A DNA stretch of 64,000 bases from Flavobacteriales bacterium (GTDB lineage: Bacteria; Bacteroidota; Bacteroidia; Flavobacteriales_D; Sanyastnellaceae), in NCBI GenBank assembly GCA_049616325.1, contig JBMZHG010000006.1, positions 3,846-67,845 of the forward strand. The letters run 5' to 3'. The position numbers and the translations under genes were made by a program. Under the pieces are notes generated by a model. That model did not search any database, was not told the DNA's origin, and was given only the letters and a program-made list of their open reading frames with translations. The stretch's first letter is position 1, and every line of letters begins with the position of its first letter. Positions 54,057-64,000 of the stretch are shown piece after piece.

Positions 54057-55385
54057 TCACCCAAATCCGCCAGTAAACAAACGCCAGAAGTCGTTTCCAA
54101 GGGCGAACACCATGAGGGACAAGAGGAGGACAATGCCGATCATTTGGGCCCGCTCGAGGAATTTCTCGGAGGCGGGACGCCCGGCAACCATTTCGTACAA
54201 CGTGAACATCACGTGCCCGCCGTCGAGGGCCGGAATCGGCAGCAGGTTCATGAACGCCAGGATGAGCGAGAAGAAGGCGGTGTTGCGCCAAAAAATCTCC
54301 CAGTCCCAGCCCGCGTCGAAGATGCTTCCGAACGTGACGAGGCTGCCCACTTGCGAGGCGCCGCTCTTGGTGAACAGGAAGCGCATCGAGCGCACGTAAT
54401 CCTGAAGCGTTTCCCAGGCCGTGGTGAACCCGGCGCCGAGGGAGGCGACGACGCCGTATTCGAGGTGCGTCGTGGGGAACATGTCCGCGTAATGCGAGGC
54501 GGGTTGCACGAAGAAGCCGAGGCTGCCTGCGCTGTCCGGGACCGCGTCGAGGGTGAGTTGCCGTCCGTCGCGCTCGACGTTCAGGCGCACGGGCGTCTCG
54601 GGGTGGGACTGAATCGCCTCCCGAACTGTTTCGAAGTAGGGCAACGTCATGTCGCCGACGGACAGGATGCGGTCGCCGACCTCCAATCCCGCCACGGCCG
54701 CTCGGCTGTCGGGCGCGACTTCGGCAATTTCGCACGGGTAGAGGAGGGAGAACGGGCGGCGAATGCCTTCGTCGATGAAGGTTTGGCCGAGTTCCTTTTC
54801 GAGTTCCAACGACACCATCTTTCCGTCGCGCAGCACGTCAACCTGCGTGACCCGGTTGTTGAAGCCCTCCATGCGCAAGTCGCTGTAATAGAGGAGCGTT
54901 TCGCCGTTGTAGCCCAAAACCCGGTCGCCGTCCTGAAAGCCCAGCGCTTCGAGGGCGGGGTCGACGTTGACGGGGTGTTCGTTGGCGAGTTTGGTTTCTC
55001 CCCAGAAGTACAGCACGCCGCTGTAAATCACGAATCCGAGCACCAAGTTCACGAGGATCCCTCCCAACATGATGATGAGACGCTGCCACGCCGGCTTGGA
55101 ACGGAACTCCCAAGGCTGGGGCGGTTGCGCCATTTGCTCCGTGTCCATGCTCTCGTCGATCATGCCGCTGATCTTGACGTAGCCGCCGAGCGGGAGCCAC
55201 CCGATGCCCCATTCCGTCTCGCCGATCTGCTTTTTGAACAGCGAAAAACCGGGGTTCATGAACAGGTAAAACTTCTCGACGCGCGTTTTGAAGGCGCGGG
55301 CGGCCCAGTAGTGGCCGAGTTCGTGAAGCACCACGAGGATGGACAAACTCAGCAAGAGCTGGGCGGCTTTGATCAGTGCAACCAT
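54057..55385 (-). CDS. rseP: RIP metalloprotease RseP (M50 site-2 protease)
   Basis: 'HELGHYWAARAF'. PDZ region. 'NLLPIPALDGGH'. ATG 55385 has the box TACCTTTG 4 nt upstream. Confidence 0.93.
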   Translation of the reverse strand: MVALIKAAQLLLSLSILVVLHELGHYWAARAFKTRVEKFYLFMNPGFSLFKKQIGETEWGIGWLPLGGYVKISGMIDESMDTEQMAQPPQPWEFRSKPAWQRLIIMLGGILVNLVLGFVIYSGVLYFWGETKLANEHPVNVDPALEALGFQDGDRVLGYNGETLLYYSDLRMEGFNNRVTQVDVLRDGKMVSLELEKELGQTFIDEGIRRPFSLLYPCEIAEVAPDSRAAVAGLEVGDRILSVGDMTLPYFETVREAIQSHPETPVRLNVERDGRQLTLDAVPDSAGSLGFFVQPASHYADMFPTTHLEYGVVASLGAGFTTAWETLQDYVRSMRFLFTKSGASQVGSLVTFGSIFDAGWDWEIFWRNTAFFSLILAFMNLLPIPALDGGHVMFTLYEMVAGRPASEKFLERAQMIGIVLLLSLMVFALGNDFWRLFTGGFG

Positions 55386-55389
55386 GGCG

Positions 55390-55397
55390 CAAAGGTA
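55390..55397 (-). promoter_or_regulatory. perfect TAnnTTTG box (TACCTTTG), 4 nt upstream of the rseP ATG
   Basis: Minus strand reads 'ACGTACCTTTGCGCCATG'. Confidence 0.4.
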
Positions 55398-55495
55398 CGT
55401 GTCCGGTCCCGCGCCCGAGAGCAATTCACGCGCCGGTGCTCACAACGAATTCAAAGGGGGCCTTTGCGAGGCCCGCGGCGTTGCATCTTGGACCC

Positions 55496-57919
55496 ATGAA
55501 GCGCATTCCTTGGAAATTGCTGTTGTGGTTGGTGGGACTCGGCCCGCTGCTGGGCTTGGGCGGGCTGGTGTTGCTCGCACGTCTCGGAGATCTGCCTGAA
55601 ACGGAGGCCTTGGCGAACCCGAAGACCGATTTGGCCACCCGCGTCTACTCCATGGACGGCAAAATCTTGGGCCGGTACTACACCGAGAACCGTTCGGACG
55701 CCCGGTACGAGGCGCTTCCACCCCATTTGGTGGACGCCTTGATCAGCACCGAAGACGCCCGCTTCTACCGCCACGCCGGCATTGACTTCATTGGCTTGGC
55801 GCGCGCCATAGCGTTCATGGGCAAGCGGGGCGGCGGGTCGACGGTGACCCAGCAACTCGCGAAGCTTCTCTTCACCGACCAGTATGAGACGACGAGTTTC
55901 TTCGAGCGAGCGGTGCTCCAAAAACCCAAGGAATGGATCATCGCCTCCCGACTTGAACGGCATTACACCAAGCAGGAAATCATCGCGCTTTACCTCAACC
56001 GCTACGACTTCATCAACCAGGCGGTGGGCATCGAGAGTGCGGCCAACGTGTACTTCAACAAGCCCGCCTCGGAGCTCAACGTGCAAGAGTCCGCGATGCT
56101 GGTGGGCATGCTGAAAAACAGTGCGCTGTTCAACCCGCTTCGCCGTCCGGAAATGGTGCAGGATCGACGCAATGTGGTGCTCAGTCAAATGGCCAAATAC
56201 GGTCACCTCGAAGATGCCGTTGCGGACTCGCTTCAAGCCCTGCCTCTGGGGTTGCAATTCCAGCGCGTCAGCCACGACGAAGGCGCCGCGCCCTACTTCC
56301 GCGAAACCCTCCGTGCCGAACTTAAGGAGATGCTGGCTGAAAAGGACGCCAACGGCAAGTACGTCCTCGCCAAGGCCGACGGCTCCCCGTACGACATCTA
56401 CCGCGACGGCCTGCGCATCGTCACCACGATCGACAGCCGCATGCAGGCCTACGCCGAGAACGCCGTGCACCGCCACCTTGCTGGCGAACTGCAAGCCAGC
56501 TTCGAACGCGACCTCCGGGACCGGCCCAAGGACGTGGCGCCGTTCTTCGAGGACATCGAACCGGAGGCGCGCCAGGCCATCCTGGACGTGGCGATGCGCG
56601 ACTCGGACCGGTACAAGAAAGGGATTGGGAAGCTCTGCCCGTCCTGCAACCGCCCCGGGTTTTACATCGTGTCGAAAGCGCGGTCCGACGGCTCTGCCGG
56701 GCACGAATGCAACGGCGAGAAGGGCGGGTGCGGTCACACCTGGCGCGCCCGCACCGACAAGGAGATGCGCCGCGTGTTTAACGAGCCTGTCGCCATGAAG
56801 GTGTTTTCGCACAGCGGCGCCGTGGACACCGTCCTGTCGCCCCTCGACAGCATCCTTCACCGCAAGGCGATTTTGCACGCGGGTTTGGTCTCCATGGAGC
56901 CCGCCACCGGCCACATCAAAGCGTGGGTGGGCGGCATCGACTACAAGCACTTCCAGTACGACAACGTGGGCCAAAGCCGCCGCCAAGTCGGCTCGACGTT
57001 CAAGCCGTTTGTGTACGCGACGGCGCTGCGCTTGGGCGCGGAGCCGTGCGACGAATTCCCCAACCAAAAAACCTGCATCGACCTCCCCCCTGGCAGCGAC
57101 CCCCCACGCTGGTGCCCGGACAACAGCGACGAAGAGTACGGGGAGATGGTGACGCTCGAATACGCGTTGGCCAACTCGATGAACACGGTCACGGCCAAGC
57201 TCATCAAGGACTACGGAACGCGCCGTGTGATTGACTTGGCGCACGCCCTGGGCATCGAAAGCAACATCCCCAACGTGCCGTCCATCGCGCTCGGCGTGGC
57301 GCAGCTGACGCTTCGCGAATTGGTCAGCGCGAACGCCTCGCTCGTGAATCAGGGCGTGTACGTCGAGCCCACCTTCATCGCGCGCATCGAAGACCGGTTT
57401 GGCAACCCCATCTACGAACCCGTCCAGGAAATCCGCCAAGGACTGGACGACCGGACGGCCTACCGCGTCGTGCAAATGATGAAGGGCGTCGTAGACGGCG
57501 CCTGGAACGAAGAAAAGGGCAAGAAAATGGGCACGGGAATTCGGATTCGGTACGACTCCGACAAGCGCGACTACGACGGCATTCGCGTACCGATGGCCGG
57601 CAAGACCGGCACCACCCAAAACAACACTGACGGCTGGTTCATGGGCCTGACCCCCGAACTCGTGACCGGCGTGTGGGTCGGCGCGCAAGACCCAACGGTG
57701 CGGTTCTCGACCACGCGTTTGGGCCAAGGCGCCAACACCGGCTTGCCCATCTACGGCTTCTTCATGAAAGACGTCTACGCGGACGAAAGCCTTGCCGTAA
57801 GCCAAGAGGATTTCACGCGGCCGGAAAGCATCGGCGGCGACACGCTCACGTGCAAAGAGATTGCGGAACTGCGCGGGCCTACCTTTGACCCGTTGGACGA
57901 CGACGACCTGTTCAACTGA
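55496..57919 (+). CDS. mrcA: penicillin-binding protein 1A (bifunctional glycosyltransferase/transpeptidase)
   Basis: GT51 'EDARFYRHAGID', 'GGSTVTQQLAK', 'RKQEIIALYLN'-like. TP motifs 'STFKP', 'SMN', 'KTGTT'. N-terminal TM. Confidence 0.93.
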   Translation: MKRIPWKLLLWLVGLGPLLGLGGLVLLARLGDLPETEALANPKTDLATRVYSMDGKILGRYYTENRSDARYEALPPHLVDALISTEDARFYRHAGIDFIGLARAIAFMGKRGGGSTVTQQLAKLLFTDQYETTSFFERAVLQKPKEWIIASRLERHYTKQEIIALYLNRYDFINQAVGIESAANVYFNKPASELNVQESAMLVGMLKNSALFNPLRRPEMVQDRRNVVLSQMAKYGHLEDAVADSLQALPLGLQFQRVSHDEGAAPYFRETLRAELKEMLAEKDANGKYVLAKADGSPYDIYRDGLRIVTTIDSRMQAYAENAVHRHLAGELQASFERDLRDRPKDVAPFFEDIEPEARQAILDVAMRDSDRYKKGIGKLCPSCNRPGFYIVSKARSDGSAGHECNGEKGGCGHTWRARTDKEMRRVFNEPVAMKVFSHSGAVDTVLSPLDSILHRKAILHAGLVSMEPATGHIKAWVGGIDYKHFQYDNVGQSRRQVGSTFKPFVYATALRLGAEPCDEFPNQKTCIDLPPGSDPPRWCPDNSDEEYGEMVTLEYALANSMNTVTAKLIKDYGTRRVIDLAHALGIESNIPNVPSIALGVAQLTLRELVSANASLVNQGVYVEPTFIARIEDRFGNPIYEPVQEIRQGLDDRTAYRVVQMMKGVVDGAWNEEKGKKMGTGIRIRYDSDKRDYDGIRVPMAGKTGTTQNNTDGWFMGLTPELVTGVWVGAQDPTVRFSTTRLGQGANTGLPIYGFFMKDVYADESLAVSQEDFTRPESIGGDTLTCKEIAELRGPTFDPLDDDDLFN

Positions 57920-57947
57920 TCAACTTCTGAATCAACGACATTCAGCC

Positions 57948-58661
57948 ATGGCGATTTCCAAAGTGGTCTCCGGACCCCAAACCGCCCTTGAAGGGGTGGC
58001 CGACGACATGACCTTGATGCTGGGCGGCTTTGGTCTGTGTGGCATTCCGGAACAGTGCATCGCGGAACTGGTGCGCCGCGGTGTGCGCGGTGTGACGTGC
58101 ATCTCCAACAACGCTGGAGTCGACGATTTTGGCCTCGGGCTGTTGCTGCATCAACGCCAAATCCGCAAAATGATCTCCTCTTACGTCGGCGAGAACGACG
58201 AGTTCGAACGCCAAATGCTGAGCGGCGAACTCGAGGTCGACCTCATTCCCCAAGGTTCGCTCGCAGAGCGATGCCGCGCAGGAGGTGCGGGCATCCCGGC
58301 TTTTTTCACGCCGGCAGGCTACGGCACGGAAGTGGCGGCAGGCAAGGAGGTTCGCGTCTTTGACGGCAAACCCCACGTCCTGGAGTCGGCCCTCACCGCC
58401 GACTTCGCCTTCGTCAAAGCCTGGAAGGGCGACGCTGCAGGCAACCTGATTTACAAGGCGACGGCGAAAAACTTCAACCCCATGATGGCCATGGCCGGCC
58501 GCATCACCGTGGCCGAAGTGGAGGAGTTGGTTCCGGTCGGCGAGCTCGACCCCAACGCCATTCACACCCCGGGCATTTTTGTCCAGCGCATTTTCCAAGG
58601 CGAAGGCTACGAGAAGCGCATTGAACAGCGCACGGTGCGCCCACAAACCCCATCAAACTGA
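57948..58661 (+). CDS. scoA: 3-oxoacid CoA-transferase subunit A
   Basis: 'LMLGGFGLCGIPE', 'ISNNAG', 'LIPQGSLAERCRAGGAGIPAFFT'. Confidence 0.92.
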   Translation: MAISKVVSGPQTALEGVADDMTLMLGGFGLCGIPEQCIAELVRRGVRGVTCISNNAGVDDFGLGLLLHQRQIRKMISSYVGENDEFERQMLSGELEVDLIPQGSLAERCRAGGAGIPAFFTPAGYGTEVAAGKEVRVFDGKPHVLESALTADFAFVKAWKGDAAGNLIYKATAKNFNPMMAMAGRITVAEVEELVPVGELDPNAIHTPGIFVQRIFQGEGYEKRIEQRTVRPQTPSN

Positions 58662-58667
58662 CGCGCC

Positions 58668-59321
58668 ATGTTGGACAAAAACGGCATTGCCAAGCGCATC
58701 GCGCAAGAAGTCAAGAACGGGTGGTACGTCAACCTGGGCATTGGAATTCCGACTCTGGTGGCCAACCACATTCCGGAGGGCATGGAGGTGGAATTCCAAA
58801 GTGAGAACGGCATCCTTGGCATGGGGCCTTTCCCGGTTGAGGGAGAGGAAGACGCCGATCTGATCAACGCCGGCAAGCAGACCATCACGGCCATGCCCGG
58901 CGCGGTCTACTTTGACAGCGCCACGTCGTTCGCCATGATCCGCGGCCGCCACGTGCAGCTCACGGTGCTTGGCGCGATGGAGGTTGCCTCCAACGGCGAC
59001 ATTGCCAATTGGAAAATCCCGGGCAAAATGGTGAAGGGCATGGGCGGTGCGATGGACCTCGTGGCCTCGGCCGAGAACATCATCGTCGCGATGCAGCACA
59101 CCAACCGCGCCGGCGAATCCAAACTCCTCGACGCGTGCTCCCTCCCTCTCACGGGGGTGGGTTGCGTCAAGCGTGTGGTCACGAACCTGGCTGTGCTCGA
59201 CATCCGCGACGGCGCGTTCCACCTTTTGGAGCGAGCCCCTGGGGTCAGCGTAGACGACATTGTGGCAGCCACTGCGGGCAAGCTCGTGGTCCCCGATCAC
59301 GTCCCGGAAATGTCCTTGTAA
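58668..59321 (+). CDS. scoB: 3-oxoacid CoA-transferase subunit B
   Basis: 'YVNLGIGIPT', 'QSENGILG' (catalytic Glu motif), 'KGMGGAMDLV'. Confidence 0.92.
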   Translation: MLDKNGIAKRIAQEVKNGWYVNLGIGIPTLVANHIPEGMEVEFQSENGILGMGPFPVEGEEDADLINAGKQTITAMPGAVYFDSATSFAMIRGRHVQLTVLGAMEVASNGDIANWKIPGKMVKGMGGAMDLVASAENIIVAMQHTNRAGESKLLDACSLPLTGVGCVKRVVTNLAVLDIRDGAFHLLERAPGVSVDDIVAATAGKLVVPDHVPEMSL

Positions 59322-59365
59322 GGCGGAGGTCTCGCCGGCCTCGAATCGCTCGTGCCGTCCCCGAC

Positions 59366-59725
59366 TTAGCCTTGCATCACCACCGCGATGCGATCGCAGT
59401 CGCCGCCGATGGGGGGTTGGAACTTCGTGAGCGTGACTTCGACGGCCTGCGCCAAAGGAAGCTCTTCGCGAAGGCCTTTCACGATGCGCCCGCACACCTG
59501 TTCCACCAACTTGCTGCGCACCTTCATCTCACGCTGGACGATGCGGTGAACGTCGCAGTAGTCGACGGTCAAGGTGAGGTCGTCCGTGGCTGCACTTGGC
59601 GCAAGGTCCACCCACAGCGTGACGTCCACCCGGTACTCCTGGCCGACGATGGCCTCTTCTTCCATGCACCCGTGATGCGCCCAAAAACGCAACCCTTTGA
59701 CGTGGATTTGGTTGGTCGTCGTCAT
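59366..59725 (-). CDS. folB: dihydroneopterin aldolase
   Basis: 119 aa. 'HVKGLRFWAHHGCMEEE...GQEY.VDV', 'DYCDV' follow the FolB pattern. The start overlaps the gltX stop. Confidence 0.85.
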   Translation of the reverse strand: MTTTNQIHVKGLRFWAHHGCMEEEAIVGQEYRVDVTLWVDLAPSAATDDLTLTVDYCDVHRIVQREMKVRSKLVEQVCGRIVKGLREELPLAQAVEVTLTKFQPPIGGDCDRIAVVMQG

Positions 59726-61251
59726 TCTCCTGCAGCTCGAATTCCCTCCACGGCCTCGATTCCTTGGGCCAACCGCGCCAAGGTCTCCTCCTTTCCGAGG
59801 AAGGCGGCAAAGTCAAACATCGAAGGACCGCCTCCTTCGCCCGTAAGCGCGATGCGGAACGGCAAGAGCACCTGCCCAAACCCCAATTCCCGCGCCTCCA
59901 AGAAGCCCTTGAATTCGGCTTCCACGTTCTCGCTCGTGAATTCCGACACCCCCTCGAGCACCTGCGCGAGGTCGTTCAAGTAGCCGCTGGTTTCGTCCTT
60001 CCATTTCTTGCGCACGAGCTTGGCGTTGAATTCGGTGGGCGCTCCCGTCAACCAAGCGGTGTCCAAAATCTCAGGCAAAAACGCCACGCGTTCGAGCATC
60101 ATGTCCAGCACGTCTTTGCACTGCGCCGCATCCCACGAGATGCCCTTCCCCTGAGCCAACGCCTCGAGCGCTTCCACGTGGGCTTCTGAGCCCGCGTTGC
60201 GCAGGTGCTGCTCTTGGAACCACTTGGCCTTGTCCGGGTTGAATCGCGCGCCGGACTTGACCACACGCTCAAGCGAAAACTCCTTGGCCGCTTCTGCCGC
60301 GGTGAACAGCTCGCGCTCGTCGCCGGGGTTCCACCCAAGCATAAGAAGCATGTTCACGAACGCTTCCGGCGCGTAACCCTGCTCGCGGTACCCGGGCCAC
60401 GTTTCTCCACTTTTCGGATCGGTCCAATTGGTTGGAAACACGGGGAATCCGCCGGAATCACCGTCACGCTTGCTCAGCTTTCCGTTGCCGGTGGGCTTCA
60501 AAATCAGAGGCAAGTGGGCGAACACCGGGTGCTCCCACCCAAACGCCCGATAAAGCAGCACGTGCAGCGGCGCGCTCGGCAACCACTCCTCGCCACGAAT
60601 CACGTGCGAGATGCGCATGTGGTGGTCGTCAACCACGTTGGCGAGGTGGTAGGTGGGCAAACCGTCTGCCTTCATCAGCACCTTGTCGTCCAGGACGCTC
60701 GATTGAAAGCCCACGCTGCCGCGAATCGCATCTTCAAACCGCACCTCCTCCGTCGCCTCTGGCGTTTTGAACCTCACCACGAAGGGCGCGCCCGATGCCT
60801 TTAAAGCCGCAACTTCATCCGCGCCTATCGTCAAGCTGTTTCGCAACTGCCCTCGAGTCGTCGCGTCGTATTGGAACACGTCGGGCTCGGCAGCTTTGCG
60901 CAGCGCGTCCAATTCTTCCGGCGTGTCAAACGCTTCGTAGGCCAACCCCTTGTTAAGCAATTCCTGCACGGCCTCGCGGTACATCGCGCTGCGCTCGCTT
61001 TGGCGGTACGGACCGCAATCGCCTCCGGGCTGCACCCCTTCGTCGGGCGCCAACCCGCACCAGGCGAGCGCCTCCTCGATATACGCCTCCGCGCCCTCCA
61101 CAAACCGGCCTTGGTCTGTGTCTTCGATTCTCAAAATGAACGTCCCGCCGTGGGCCCGCGCAAACAACCAATTGTACAACGCGGTCCGGACCCCGCCCAT
61201 GTGGAGCGGCCCGGTAGGGCTGGGAGCAAAGCGTACTCGAACGTCAGTCAT
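59722..61251 (-). CDS. gltX: glutamate--tRNA ligase
   Basis: 'RFAPSPTGPLHMGGVRTAL' (HIGH). 'LRIEDTD'. 'KLSKR' (KMSKS). ATG 61251 has the box TACCTTTG 6 nt upstream. Confidence 0.95.
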   Translation of the reverse strand: MTDVRVRFAPSPTGPLHMGGVRTALYNWLFARAHGGTFILRIEDTDQGRFVEGAEAYIEEALAWCGLAPDEGVQPGGDCGPYRQSERSAMYREAVQELLNKGLAYEAFDTPEELDALRKAAEPDVFQYDATTRGQLRNSLTIGADEVAALKASGAPFVVRFKTPEATEEVRFEDAIRGSVGFQSSVLDDKVLMKADGLPTYHLANVVDDHHMRISHVIRGEEWLPSAPLHVLLYRAFGWEHPVFAHLPLILKPTGNGKLSKRDGDSGGFPVFPTNWTDPKSGETWPGYREQGYAPEAFVNMLLMLGWNPGDERELFTAAEAAKEFSLERVVKSGARFNPDKAKWFQEQHLRNAGSEAHVEALEALAQGKGISWDAAQCKDVLDMMLERVAFLPEILDTAWLTGAPTEFNAKLVRKKWKDETSGYLNDLAQVLEGVSEFTSENVEAEFKGFLEARELGFGQVLLPFRIALTGEGGGPSMFDFAAFLGKEETLARLAQGIEAVEGIRAAGE

Positions 61252-61257
61252 GACCCG

Positions 61258-61265
61258 CAAAGGTA
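61258..61265 (-). promoter_or_regulatory. perfect TAnnTTTG box (TACCTTTG), 6 nt upstream of the gltX ATG
   Basis: Minus strand reads 'CGCTACCTTTGCGGGTCATG'. Confidence 0.4.
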
Positions 61266-61377
61266 GCGCGCGGCGAACTCACCTGCGACGCCCCTGAATC
61301 CCGGGCGTTCGGGGGTCAAATCCGCGGCCAAGGGGAGGGGTTGTTGCAGACGTTTGGGCTCGGAAAACATCACACAC

Positions 61378-61725
61378 ATGAATGCATTGCGCAACAAAGT
61401 CCAATTGATTGGACGACTCGGCAAGGACGCCGAGATGATCACCTTCGACGACGGCAAGGTGAAGGCTCGATTCCCGGTGGCGACCAACGAAACTTTCCGC
61501 AACGGTGAGGGAGAGAAAGTGGAGCGTACCCAGTGGCACGACGTGGTCGCGTGGGGCGGTCTGGCGGAAGTGGCCGGTCAATACCTCAAGAAGGGAGCTG
61601 AAGTCGCGGTCGAGGGGCGGTTGACCTACCGGACCTACGAGGACGGGGAAGGGCACACCCGGTACATCACGGAAGTGGTGGCGGGAGAGATGCTCATGCT
61701 GGAGAAGCGTCCGGAGACGGCATGA
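61378..61725 (+). CDS. ssb: single-stranded DNA-binding protein (short form, no acidic C-terminal tip)
   Basis: OB-fold 'NKVQLIGRLGKD.E........V.F.VATNE', 'TQWHDVVAWGGLAE', 'KKGAEVAVEGRL'. 115 aa ending '...MLEKRPETA'. Confidence 0.88.
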   Translation: MNALRNKVQLIGRLGKDAEMITFDDGKVKARFPVATNETFRNGEGEKVERTQWHDVVAWGGLAEVAGQYLKKGAEVAVEGRLTYRTYEDGEGHTRYITEVVAGEMLMLEKRPETA

Positions 61726-61731
61726 CCGCAG

Positions 61732-61762
61732 GGGGAGGGCTCATCACGGGCCTTCCCCTTTT
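61732..61762 (+). terminator. intrinsic terminator after ssb
   Basis: 'GGGGAGGGC-TCATCACGG-GCCTTCCCC' (9 bp including one G-U pair) followed by 'TTTT'. Confidence 0.6.
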
Positions 61763-61820
61763 CATTCCCTTGGCCCTTCACGTTAGAACCGTTCTGCTTG
61801 GTGGGCCGTCCGAGTCGGCG

Positions 61821-61828
61821 TAGCTTTG
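61821..61828 (+). promoter_or_regulatory. perfect TAnnTTTG box (TAGCTTTG), 13 nt upstream of the sdhC ATG
   Basis: 'GTAGCTTTGAACAACTCATTTAATG'. Confidence 0.4.
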
Positions 61829-61841
61829 AACAACTCATTTA

Positions 61842-62558
61842 ATGCGACGCATGAGCTCTTCTGGAATCCTGAAATCTTCGCTCGCGAAGAAGTACGCGAT
61901 GGCCCTGACAGGCCTTTTTCTTTGCCTGTTTCTCGTCGGCCACCTGCTTGGCAACGTGCAGCTTTTTCTGCCAGGAATTGAAGGCCAAACCGCCTTCAAC
62001 GAGTACGCCTTGTTCATGACCACGTTCCCCTTGGTGAAGGTGCTCAGCTACCTCACCTACGCAAGCGTCTTGTTTCACGTGGTGGACGGCGTGGTGCTTG
62101 TCCTGCAAAACCGACGGGCGCGCCCCTCGCGTTATGCGGTGGAAAAAGGGTCTGCCAACTCCGCCTGGAGCAGCCGCAACATGGCGGTGCTCGGCACAGT
62201 CGTGTTGGTGTTCCTCGTGACGCACATGCAGAACTTCTGGTGGAAGATGCATTTCGACGCAGAGATGCCCACTCAGCTCGTGAACGGGGAAGAATTGAAG
62301 GACCTCCACACGGTGGTGATGCAGTTCTTCAACCCGGAGGTGAACGGCCTGGCCTCAGCAGCTGTGGCGCTTTACGTGGCAGGCATGTGCGCGTTGGCGT
62401 TTCACCTATGGCATGGGTTTTCAAGTGCATTCCAGTCCATGGGATTGCGTCACGAGAGCTACACGCCGTGGATTGAGCGACTCGGAAAGGCCTTTGCCGT
62501 TCTGGTCCCTGCCGCCTTTGCGTCCATTCCCTTGTACCTGTTCCTGACCCAAGCCTAA
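61842..62558 (+). CDS. sdhC: succinate dehydrogenase/fumarate reductase cytochrome b subunit (b558 family)
   Basis: Five TM segments. '[27 protein letters not shown]', 'HMQNFW', 'FHLWHGF' (heme-ligand His residues). The start is ATG 61842 or 61851. Confidence 0.9.
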   Translation: MRRMSSSGILKSSLAKKYAMALTGLFLCLFLVGHLLGNVQLFLPGIEGQTAFNEYALFMTTFPLVKVLSYLTYASVLFHVVDGVVLVLQNRRARPSRYAVEKGSANSAWSSRNMAVLGTVVLVFLVTHMQNFWWKMHFDAEMPTQLVNGEELKDLHTVVMQFFNPEVNGLASAAVALYVAGMCALAFHLWHGFSSAFQSMGLRHESYTPWIERLGKAFAVLVPAAFASIPLYLFLTQA

Positions 62559-62562
62559 GACC

Positions 62563-64000
<1,438 letters not shown>

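Noticed and set aside
52574-54076. 500-aa plus-strand ORF opposite the cation:proton antiporter. Similar long antisense ORFs occur at 47031-48458, 49259-50917, 5654-7123, 45990-46988 and 13242-14666.
   Set aside because: All are antisense to genes with strong family evidence, have charged or low-complexity composition, and lack signal or TM logic.
55451-57805. 784-aa minus-strand ORF opposite PBP1A
   Set aside because: Antisense shadow. PBP1A on the plus strand has all GT51 and transpeptidase motifs.

Overview
High-GC (about 60% from hand counts of single lines) chromosomal segment. It looks like Bacteroidota, probably Flavobacteriia-like. Supporting signs: type-A and type-B T9SS C-terminal sorting domains, DUF4837/DUF4296/DUF6495-type families, a b558-type sdhC next to sdhA, TAnnTTTG promoter boxes, and no Shine-Dalgarno sequences. 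I call about 50 protein genes, one tRNA-Cys(GCA) and a few terminators and promoter boxes. There is no rRNA, CRISPR array, transposase, integrase or recognisable defence system. Most of the window is housekeeping: thiL, asnB-like, uvrC, pyrC-like, rluB-like, yraN, pssA, purS, pgk, glyQS, gpsA, ptrB, kdsB, dprA, rseP, PBP1A, scoAB, folB, gltX, ssb, sdhCA. The accessory part runs from about 17.9 to 30.3 kb. It holds (i) a secreted multi-module protein whose core matches animal lysyl oxidase motif for motif (Cu-binding His triad plus the LTQ Lys/Tyr) and which also carries cohesin-like and dockerin-like modules; (ii) a BNR/sialidase-fold lipoprotein followed by an out-of-frame dockerin-like remnant; (iii) a 1253-aa T9SS cargo of unknown function; (iv) a low-GC gene encoding DUF1566 + Cys-rich 'ACNY' repeats + FISUMP, 425 nt from tRNA-Cys. 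One window-wide signal stands out: a TAYYTTBG box sits 3-7 nt upstream of at least 14 start codons, which implies leaderless or near-leaderless mRNAs. Two enzymes carry non-canonical active-site motifs: the RluB-like protein has 'DRIE' in place of 'GRLD', and the dihydroorotase-like protein has 'QVH' in place of 'HxH'. Many long ORFs in the six-frame track are antisense shadows of real genes, as expected in GC-rich DNA, and were rejected.
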